From assembly GCF_902652985.1 (NCBI RefSeq), contig NC_047021.1:20894001-20958000 (forward strand): a DNA stretch of 64,000 nt, read 5' to 3'. Each line of letters begins with the position of its first letter. The stretch's first letter is position 1. This document shows positions 29,101-41,100 of the stretch, one piece after another. Position numbers and translations under genes: made by a program. Below the pieces are notes generated by a model. The model ran no database searches. It was not told the origin of the DNA and saw only the letters and a program-made list of their open reading frames with translations. This stretch comes from Pecten maximus (taxonomy: Eukaryota).

Positions 29101-32100
29101 CATGGCCGATGTCACCTATCCTTAGATCTAACCCATTTAACATGGCCGACAAAGACCATCATTGGATCCTACCCATTTAACATGGCCGACAAAGACCATC
29201 ATTGGATCCTACCCATTTAACATGGCCGACACAGACCATCGATCCTTGGATCCTACCCATTTTATATGGCTGACATAGATCATCGTTGGATCCTACCCAT
29301 TTCACATGGCCGACACAGACCATCGATCCTTGGATCCTACCCATTTAACATGGCCGACGTCACCTACCCTTGGATCCTACCCATTTCACATGGCCGACGT
29401 CACCTACCCTTGGATCCTACCCATTTCACATGGCCGACGTCACCTACCCTTGGATCCTACCCATTTCACATGGCCGACGTCACCTACCCTTGGATCCTAC
29501 CCTATATGTATTTCACATGGCCGAAGAAACCTCTCGTTGGATCCTACGTCTAGATGTTTTTCCATTATACATCAATTAGCAATAAGTTATGTCAGCAAAA
29601 GACATGAAGGCAATAGGCTGGGACAGGAACTGCTCAGCACTCCACATTAAAAGCACATCAATATCATGAATTTCTAGTATGCATTAATACAATATTAATA
29701 CTAAAACATTTTGTATTATATAACCTTTTTGTCATATCATGTAAGGCACAGCCATAAACACTATGATACAATCTTACCTTATATCATATATAACATTATA
29801 TTATAGAATATATTATCTTGATATGAATAAACCTACATGATACATAATATTACATTATCTTGTCATAAATAATCCTACATTGAATACCTTATATAATATT
29901 AAATTATCTTGTTATAAATCATCCTAAATATCAGCTTATATCATATTAAATTATCTTGTTATAAACAATCCTACATATTGTCTTATATAAACAGTATCTT
30001 GATATAAATAAACCTACATAATATTGTATATAATATTACATTTTCTTGTCATAAATAATCCTACATATCATACATATTACATTATCTTGTTATAAATAAT
30101 CCTACATAATATTATCTTACATAATCTTACATTATCTTGTTACAAATAATCTTATATATTATTTTATATAATGTTACATTATCTTGATATAAATTAACCT
30201 ACATAATATTATACATAATATTACATTATCTTGTTATAAATGATCTTACATGATATTATCTTGCATCATCTTCTCAGAAAATAGCATATATATTTATATC
30301 CTGTAATGTACTCTCTACAAATTGTCTTACATTTATCCTCCATTACTTTACTATGATTTCTGACTTGATAAGGTCCTTACTTCACCTTATCTTGCAGTAA
30401 CTGACCTTGTAGTCCCCGATAGCCGCATCATAGCCCCCAGAAATAAACACCAGGTCTGGAGAGAACTAAGGTAGAAACAACACTGATCTATCAGTCTATA
30501 TTATATATTAAATTCCACTAAACATCAGCCTTCCATAGCCGCCAGAAGCATGCATACATTCATGCCAGGATTTCTACCTATTGAGTAAAAGGGTCAGTAC
30601 AAGATTGTAGTTCAGTATCATCTGTCCTGATGTCATGGAGCCCATCTTTTACAAGTATACTTCAAAAGTCCTTGTTAATTTTTGAGGTCCTGCCCTTGGC
30701 TTGTTTGGAAACAACATTCTATTCACTTTACGCTTCATTCCAAAAAACACATTTCTGTTTAATGTGCAGAAAACTGTTGAAATTTCAGTGTACATTTTAA
30801 TATATTACACAAATGTTTTTGAAAGCTTCTGTGATATGCTGGCAAACACATATACAGTGGTACAGAGACAAGATTACTCAACAGTGAGGAAATTCAAGTG
30901 CAGATCATTTGTTTCTAAATCCATAGACTTTGACAATAGGACTCTCGATCAACACAAGACAAATTTCACTCTACTTCAACAATGTATTATATCTTCTGTG
31001 AGGTTGTATTAGCTGGTAAAACAAGATAGGATTTAATTGCATCAGTGCAAAGGTCTTAACTATATTTGGCAGTTGTTACTAGATTTAGAATCTAAAGACA
31101 AAGTTAACATGAAAAAAAGATTTTGGATAAAGTGGGTTTTTTTATCTTCTATCATTTAATGTTGAACTTTTTTTGATGATTGAAGTTATTGGCAGAACCA
31201 AAAGTCATTAAATTTACATTCTAAAGACTGAGTTAACCTGAAAAAAGATTTTGGATAAAGTGGGTTTTTTTTATCTTCTATTATTCAATGTTGATTTTTT
31301 TTTTTTTATGATTAAAGTTAATGGCAGAACTAAAAGTCATTAAATTTACATTCTAAAGACTGAGTTAACCTGAAAAAAGATTTAGGATAAAGTATTTTCT
31401 TATTTTCTATAATTTAATGTGGAAAATTTTTGTCTGATGATTAAAGTTATGAAGTTGGAATTTATCATAGAAAGAATGATAAAAGGGAATATTAATGCTG
31501 AAGACTTATAGAAACATATCTTTATTTCAGCCAAATATTGTCTCATTTAAATGACATTAAAAAATCATTTGAAATTCATTTATTTTGATTCCATTTAATG
31601 AAAGTTTTTAAAAGTGTTTTAGAAATCCAGCCACTAAGCAGTTTATTTTTAGTAATCCTGTTGAAATCATTTGTAGATGTTAGACTTTGGTCACAGAGCT
31701 GTTTATCGAGTATTTATGTTGAAATCATTTGTAATTTGAGACTTAGAATCTAGTGCATAAAATATCATAAATATTTCATAATTAGGAATGTTGTATAAAA
31801 TCTATATTAATACATTGTTAACTTCTGTAGCTTTACTTGGGACATACATGTAGGTATGAAGCTGGTGTTACAGTCCTGCCTGTCTTTTACAGAAATCTAA
31901 TTAGCTGTACTGAAGCTACAACAAAACCACAGTTCACCATGCATATAAAACAAGTCAACCAACAAAGGGGACCCACACAACATACCAAACAACTGTAAAC
32001 CCCAAACATGCTGAATATTTAAATCACTTTTTACCATAATTCACAGTCTGATTATATTTACTTAAAACAAAAATTTTCCTTGTCACATCCTGAAAAGTTA

Positions 32101-35100
32101 TCATTTTTGACAGTGGTCAAAGTTTCTAAATTTGACAGTGGTCAAAGATTCTAAATTTGACAGAGGAAAGAGGAAAATGAGTTTGGAGTTTACAGTTGAT
32201 AGTTATATGCACAAAATTAAGTCCATGCCCCAGTATTCCGTCTGGTACCTCTGGACATCCGATGGCTGCATCATACCCGCTAGACACCAAAACTAGGTCA
32301 GGGCTGAACTAAAATAGAACAAAATTCCTCACATAATTAATGTAGTGCCTTATTCTAAAAATTTCATAACAACAGCTTCGTAAACACAAGTGCAATCAAT
32401 GATTGCGAAAGCTCACCGGCGGCAGCAATCACACTATGCATTCATTTTTTATGTATGTATAGGCATGTCATTTTGAAATTGTATGTCACATAATATCGCT
32501 CCTAGACCTCTAATGGTTGTATAAACCAAATAAGAAGGGTATGGACTTACAAGCTTTCCAAAACTAGCCCCCAAAATCTTTAAAGTGGGTTTTTGTGTCA
32601 AAAAAAGTAAGTCCACAAAATGGTCAAATGCGAAAAAATCACAATTTTTTTCTGCATGATTTTGCCATAACATCACTCCTAGACCTCTAATGAATGTATA
32701 AACCTAATTAGAAGGGCATGAGGTGTATACTTTTGGACTTAAAAGCTTTCCAAAAACTTACCCCAAAAACTTTAAAGTTTTGGGGTGGGACACCGACGCG
32801 GACGCCGGGGTGACAACATTAGCTCTCGGTTACTCGTAACCGGTGAGCTAATAACTATCACTCCATATAGCTGACAAAAAACAGGAATAAATATTATTTT
32901 AGAGTTGAGTTTTTGGTTTTCTCACATACTACATATGTTGATACTATGGTTGCTAGGGAGTCTCTTACCCTGACAGGGATTTCCGCAGTTTTATGGGGAT
33001 GAGATTTCCTTTTCTCTTACCCTGGACAGGGATATCCGCAGTTTTATGAGGATGAGATTTCCTTTTCTCTTACCCTGGACAGGGATTTCCGCAGTTTTAC
33101 CAGGTGAGATTTCCTTTTCTCTTACCCTGACAGGGATTTCCGCAGTTTTATGGGGATGAGATTTCCTTTTCTCTTACCCTGGACAGGGATATCCGCAGTT
33201 TTACCGGGGTGAGATTTTCTTATTTCACCCTAGGGAAAAGACAAGCTGCACATGCTCTTTGAACATGCTCTTGTTCTCAATGGGGTGCCGTTACTGACTG
33301 ACCTGACCCAGAACTACTTTTACGGGTCACGCAAAATTAGAGTTAACTGAGTGTTTGGTGTTCTTTTTAACAAGCTTATCGGAACTACATTTTGTATGAA
33401 ATCAACATCGTAAGGTGTAAAGCGTCTGCTGCAGCCTTATCACAATAGTCATCTGCCGTTCACATGTTATTTAAAAACGTTTGGATTTGGTTCACACTAC
33501 GATTGGAAAACAGGGTAAGAGAAAAATAAGCATTCACTCCTGTTTGGGATGAAAGAGGGGGATCTCAACCCTCAAGGGAGATTGTTAAGTTCCCAAACAC
33601 TTGACAAGCCTTGTGTTTGGGATTAAACAATTTCCCTTCTCAGACTGAGATTCCTCTATCTCACCCCAAAAGGGGTGAAAGATTCTATTATTCTCACACG
33701 GGGCAGGAAGAGTGTAAGCTGACGTGCGCTTAACGCTACTCACAGTAGGGTAGAGTCATAATTTTATGTAAAGTAATGATGACGCAAATTGATAACATCA
33801 TCAATTTTGATGTACATTACATGGGTCATTAAGGATGACAAGGTGAATAGGTTTCAAATTTTAATCTGTTACTTTTTAAATAAGCGAGAAAAAATTAATC
33901 AAATTTGAGCCTCGTGAGACAAACTCTTACAGTCGGGCTGAGATATCCCTGAAACCTCATGCTGTATTCTCAGTAGTATTGACACGACAATATTTTATAA
34001 AAGCTTTAACCTAGTTGTCAACAAAAGCAAAGAAGATCATGCCAGAAACAATATCATTTTACGAAATTTTTCAAATGCAAATAAATTCATCTGAAGGAAA
34101 TTCAGTAATACATTTAATGAATTGAGTAAATTCTTTTCACATCTTCAACATTCCGTATCAAATAATGGTAGACTTAAATAATCTTGATTGAGAAAGTTTT
34201 GAACATATTTATCAAATAAAACAGATTTCATGAAACCTACCTGATGAGCAATAGGCATCAAGACTTGGTGGAAGATAGCCAGATAATCTGTGTCATTCAT
34301 ATGGATCTGTACAACAGAGGGATGACAGCTTGATAATACTAGTACATCACAATACAGAGATATATAGGGGTAGTAAAGATCAATTTAACCAAGTTAAAAT
34401 ATAGGAAACAAACACTTTAAAACTCAGTATAATAAGTTGGCAAAATCAGTAATCCAATATAACATTAGTAATGACAATAGAGTTCTGTGATCATTTGATA
34501 ATTTCTGATATGTGAATATAGCCGTGGTCCAAAGACATTTATGAAAGGATACACAAACAGGACAATGGCTATATTACGTCGCTTTTATTTCAAGATAACA
34601 TTGATTCTATAAAAGCATATTTGAACGGAATAAAAAAAAGGTGAAATAAAACCTCTCCTAGCTTCATGCTTGTCCTGCTTCTGATAATAATCAATGGTAT
34701 TTTACTGTAAGCTCTGATTATCATATACAAACCTTATTCAGAGGTACATTGACATTGTACCCTTTACCGTTTCCCTCTCCAATAAAGTCATAGTCTGACT
34801 CCCTAAGATTAGGCCAGTACTTTCCATATTCATAACGATGGATGGAAAAGTACAGAACTCTGAAATAGAAAGATAAAGATATTTAGAAATTAGCTCAGAA
34901 CTGTACATGTGTATCAATTTCGTACAAGCATAAATTCCTGTGTATTGCCCGCTCTGTTAGATTACCTGGTCTATTAGATTGCCAGCACAAGACAAAATGG
35001 TTTTATAATTCAAAGACTGCAGATAGCCCAATTTGATACTTTGGCCACAGATTTAGTGCTCCATGTAAGTAATGAACCAGCGTACCAGCTATCAGGGTAA

Positions 35101-38100
35101 TCGCCCACAGTTTACATGTTCTATGTTTACCTGAGTTTAACCTCTCATAGTCTACCTGTATTATGTTGAATCCTCATAGTCTACCTGTATTATGTTGAAT
35201 CCTCATAGTCTACCTGTATTATGTTTAATTCTCATAGTCTACCTGTATTATGTTTAATCCTCATAGTCTACCTGTATTATGTTTAATTCTCATAGTCTAC
35301 CTGTATTATATGTTGAATCCTCATAGTCTACCTGTATTATGTTGAATCCTCATAGTCTACCTGTATTATGTTTAATTCTCATAGTCTACCTGTATTATGT
35401 TGAATCCTCATAGTCTACCTGTATTATGTTTAATTCTCATAGTCTACCTGTATTATGTTGAATCCTCATAGTCTACCTGTATTATGTTGAATCCTCATAG
35501 TCTACCTGTATTATGTTTAATTCTCATAGTCTACTTGTATTATGTTTAATCCTCATAGTCTACCTGTATTATGTTTAATCCTCATAGTCTACCTGTATTA
35601 TGTTTAATCCTCATAGTCTACCTTTATTATGTTTAATCCTCATAGTCTACCTGTATTATGTTTAATTCTCATAGTCTACCTGTATTATGTTTAATCCTCA
35701 TAGTCTACCTGTATTATGTTTAATTCTCATAGTCTACCTGTATTATGTTTAATCCTCATGGTTTATCTGTGTTGTGTTTAACGATTTACCTGTTTGTGTT
35801 TAACTTCAACGGTTTACTAGTGTTGTGTTTAACTCTAACGATTTACCTGTGTTGTGATTAGCTCTCATGATTTACCTGTGTTGTGTTTAACTCTAACGAT
35901 TTACCTGTGTTGTGATTAGCTCTCATGATTTACCTGTGTTGTGTTTAACTCTAACGATTTACCTGTGTTGTGATTAGCTCTCATGATTTACCTGTGTTGT
36001 GTTTAACTCTTAACGATTTACCTGTGTTGTGTTTAACTCTAACAATTTAACTGTGTTGTGTTTAACTCTAATGACTTACCTGTGTTGTGATTAGCTCTCA
36101 GAATTTACCTGTGTTGTGATTAGCTCTCATGATTTACCCGTGATGTGTTTAATTGTCATGATTTACCCGTGATGTGTTTAACTGTCACAATTTACCTGTG
36201 ATGTGTTTAACTGTCATGATTTACCTGTGATGTGTTTAACTGTCACAATTTACCTGTGTTGTGTTTAACCCCAACGGTTTACCAGTGTTGTTAACTACTT
36301 TTTAACTCTCACCTTTTGTTTCTTGACACATGAACTGTGTAAATAAAAGTTCAACTTAAGCTCTACTTATGCGAGTTTTTTTACCTTGCACAGGTAAACG
36401 TATCATATATTTTTTGGACACAAACAGCAATGTCGGCACCTGATAGTAAACCAGGGAAACGCTAAAAGTTGGATATGAAAAGTATCATATAGCCTGCAGT
36501 TTTGATGATTTCTAGAAAATATTTTATCAGATAGCCAGCAGGAGGCATATAATAATGTTTTAAAATTATACAGCCCACAGGCAACACACTAGAAATCATG
36601 GTAATGGATGTTCAAACCTAATAACCCCCTCCCTAACCCTAGCACCCACCTAACCCACAACACACGTACCACTTACTCCAAACTAAAAACTGATATGACG
36701 ATAGTATTGCTTTAAAATCCTAAGAAAATCATTGAAATACACAAGCACACAACTTCCTTTAAATTTTTGAAAAATTGAGCAGCATTACTGCAGACAGACA
36801 TTCGTTAATAGGTGGACTGAGATAATACAGGCATTAATTACCGTGGGTCATCATAAAACATTTGTTGTGTGGCTTGACCATGATGGACGTCCCAGTCCAC
36901 AATCAGCACTCTGAAAAACAAATGAAATATCAAATAATTTTACATCACATATGTACCATAGATTCATCCTTTTAACAAAATCATGAAAAATTGACATTTT
37001 TTTGCAGTCCACTCTACTATTATTTCACTGCTTATAGAATCATACAATTAAATCATAACTTTTCCCTATGGGCCAATACCTTCAGATGTATCTTTACATG
37101 TAGAGTTGAGATTACATAAAATTACATATAGGAAAGTTAAAATGAAAGTTTTAAACCTCCAAGTATGTCTGAGAGTACCTTTTCAGTCCCAGATTGTCCA
37201 CAGCATGCTTGGCAGCGATGGCCACTTGGTTGATAAAACAGTAGCCACAGAATTCTTCAGTCATGGCATGATGACCTGGTGGTCTGACCAAGAGAAACAA
37301 AGATTTGTCGGATATGTCTGGAGGACAATATATACTCATTATATATCAGTGGGAGGTATCCTGGACAAGGGAGGTCATGGTCAATTTCTACATATCCCCC
37401 AACTAAAAGTCCTCTAGTGGCCAAAACTTAACCCCAAAACTCAAAGTCCTCTAGGGGCCAAACTCAAAGTTCTCTATGGAGCCAACATATATTGTAACCC
37501 CAAACTCAAAGTCCTCTAGAGGCTAACACATAGTCCACAACTCAAACTCCTCTGGGGTCAACACATAACCCTCAACACAAAGTCCTCTAGGGGCTAACAC
37601 ATAACCCTCAACTCAAAGTCCTCTGGGTCAACACATAACCCCTAACTCAAAGTCCTCTAGGGGCCAACAAAACCCCAAACTCATAGTCCTCTAGGAAGTA
37701 ACATATAACCCCTACTCAAAGTTCTCTAGGGCTAACACAAAACCCCAAACTCAAAGCCCTTTTGAGGCCAACACATAACCCCAAAACTCCAAGTCGTCCA
37801 GGGGGCCAATTAATACATAGTCCCGAAGTCAAAGTCCTCTAAAAGCCAACACATAGCCCCCAACACATAGTCCTCTAGGGCCAACACATAACCCCCAACA
37901 CATAGTCCTCTAGGGGCCAACACATTACCCCCAACACAAAGTCATCTAGGGGCCAACACATATTCCTCTAGGGGCCAACACATAACCCCCAACACATAGC
38001 CCTCTAGGGGCCAACACATTACCCCCAACACATAGTCCTCTAGGGGCCAACACATAACCTCAAACACATAGTCCACTAGGGGCCAACACATAATGCCCAA

Positions 38101-41100
38101 CTTATAGTCCTCTAGGGGCCAACACATAGTCCCCGAAACTCAAAGTCCTCTAGGGGCCAACACATAGTCCCCGAAACTCAAAGTCCTCTAGGGGCCAACA
38201 CATAGTCCCCGAAACTCAAAGTCCTCTAGGGGCCAACACATAGTCCCCGAAACTCAAAGTCCTCTAGGGGCCAACACACAACCCCAACACAAAGTCCTCT
38301 AGGGGCCAACACAAAGTCCTCTAGGGGCCAACACATAGTCCCCAAAACTCAAAGTCCTCTAGGGGCCAACACATAGTCCCCGAAACTCAAAGTCCTCTAG
38401 GGGCCAACACATAGTTCCCAAAACTCAAAGTCCTCTAGGGGCCAACACATAGTCCCCGAAACTCAAAGTCCTCTAGGGGCCAACACATAGTCCCCGAAAC
38501 TCAAAGTCCTCTAGGGGCCAACACATAACCCCAACACAAAGTCCTCTAGGGGCCAACACATAACCCCAACACAAAGTCCTCTAGGGGCCAACACATAACC
38601 CCAACACAAAGTCCTCTAGGGGCCAACACATAACCCCGAAACTCAAAGTCCTCTAAGGGCCAACACATAACCCCGAAACTCAAAGTCCTCTAGGGGCCAA
38701 CACATAACCCCAACACAAAGTCCTCTAGGGGCCAACACATAACCCAAATACAAAGTCCTCTAGGGGCCAACACATAACCCCGAAACTCAAAGTCCTCTAA
38801 GGGCCAACACATAACCCCGAAACTCAAAGTCCTCTAAGGGCCAACACATAACCCCGAAACTCAAAGTCCTCTAGGGGCCAACACATAGGCCCCGAAACTC
38901 AAAGTCCTCTAGGGGCCAACACATAGTCCCCAAAACTCAAAGTCCTCTAGGGGCCAACACATAACCCCGAAACTCAAAGTCCTCTAAGGGCCAACACATA
39001 ACCCCGAAACTCAAAGTCCTCTAGGGGCCAACACATAACCCCGAAACTCAAAGTCCTCTAGGGGCCAACACAAAGTCCTCTAGGGGCCAACACACAACCC
39101 CAACACAAAGTCCTCTAGGGGCCAACACAAAGTCCTCTAGGGGCCAACACATAACCCCGAAACTCAAAGTCACAAAGTGGGTTTATCACAAGGCCACAAA
39201 ATTCCTTTTTTTTTTTGGTGATTTTATTGAAACACGAAATATGCACCGTTGGCAGGCTTATTACTTATAACAGACTTATTTTCTGACAAATAAAGTGATT
39301 TATCTATTATGTCAAAGTAACTTTTATTCTTATTAAACATCTTTAATTGCTATCATTTTTGTTATTTATCTTTATGATAAAATGATTAATGTAATCATAT
39401 ACACCTATTTAAACCATATAATTGTATGATACATCTGATCATTGAAATTATGTAGATAACGCACAATGTTTGCTGTTGTTCCATAATATGGTCATCTATA
39501 TTAAAACAGTGAACAGGTCACCAAGTCAGTAAAAGTACTTACCGAATAATAGCCAGCCCATTTCTGACCTAGAAAATACAAAACAACAGTCTGGTATTGT
39601 ATCATATCTAACTTTACAAAAAAACTTGGACTTTAAGAGGTGGATACTCTTTATAAATTAAGGATATTTTCACAGGTAATATATTGTACTTTGAAGGACG
39701 AAAATCATTTATATTCTGGAGTAGAGGAAATAAGAAATCCTTCCAATTTGCAGATTCCTTTCATTTATTTACAAATTGCATGAAGGCTATTGTGATGACC
39801 TAACCAAACTTTATAGTGTATGACCAACATACCTTACAGTGTATGACTAACATACCTTATAGTGTATGACTAACATAACCTTTTCTTGTAAGACAAACAT
39901 ACCTTTTTCTTGAGAATTTGTTCCATGAGTTCCACAGTGCTACCCAGAGCTAGTAGGGAGGCTTCATATGTCCCCTGGAATACAAGGCAACACATTAATC
40001 TGTCAAATAGTATCTATCACATTCATTACATGTATGATATCTATTAAATTTCAACAAGAGTATTTGCATTTTGTCATCATCATTTTTTTGTATATAAAGT
40101 GCTGAAAACATTCAATTAAAGCATAAACCTTTTGTGGTTCAATTGAAGCTGGATGAAAGAAAACCATTAAATCGTATTTAGTTACATACCAGATAGAAGT
40201 AAACAGAATCGTATTTAGTTACGTACCAGATGGAAGTAAACAGAATCATATTTAGTTATGTAATGGATAGAAGTAAACAGAATCATATTTAGTTACATAC
40301 CAGATAGAAGTAAACAGAATCGTATTTAGTTACGTACCAGATGGAAGTAAACAGAATCACATTTAGTTACGTAATGTATGGAAGTAAACAGAATTGTATT
40401 TAGTTACGCAACGGATGGAAGTAAACAGAATCGTATTTAGTTACGTAATGGATAGAAGTAAACAGAATCGTATTTAGTTACGTACCGAATAGAAGTAAAC
40501 AGAATCGTATTTAGTTACGTAATGGATAGAAGTAAACAGAATCATATTTAGTTACGTAATGGATGGAAGTAAACAGAATCGTATTTAGTTACGTACCAGA
40601 TGGAAGTAAACAGAATCATATTTAGTTACGTACCGGATGGAAGTAAACAGAATTGTATTTAGTTACGTAACGGATGGAAGTAAACAGAATCGTATTTAGT
40701 TACGTAATGGATAGAAGTAAACAGAATCGTATTTAGTTACGTAATGGATAGAAGTAAACAGAATCGTATTCAGTTACGTACCGGATAGAAGTAAACAGAA
40801 TCGTATCAAGTTTGTACCGGATGGAAGTAAACAGAATAGTATTTAGTTATGTAATGGATGGAAGTAATCAGAATTGTATTTAGTTACGTACCGGATGGAA
40901 GTAAACAGAATCATATTTAGCTGAAACTTTCTTGAGTGCCTCTCTTGACATATCAACTGTATCTTTCAGTTTTTCCAAGTGACTCTCTGTATGTAGTAAT
41001 AACACTTGGTCTTCTGTCCCATACTGGGCCTGTAATAACAACACCATATTAAAAATGATAATTTGAAGTTCTTATATCCCACTTTATCTCAGCAATATAG

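Noticed and set aside
30406-30465. Exon B as an assembly duplication or dead pseudo-exon
   Set aside because: Flanks are unrelated to those of exon A, and nucleotide divergence is high while frame, length, splice sites and the Zn ligand are preserved
40171-40920. CRISPR-like regular 37-bp repeats (also the 29-, 30- and 38-bp arrays)
   Set aside because: Head-to-tail units without unique spacers, no cas genes, eukaryotic introns
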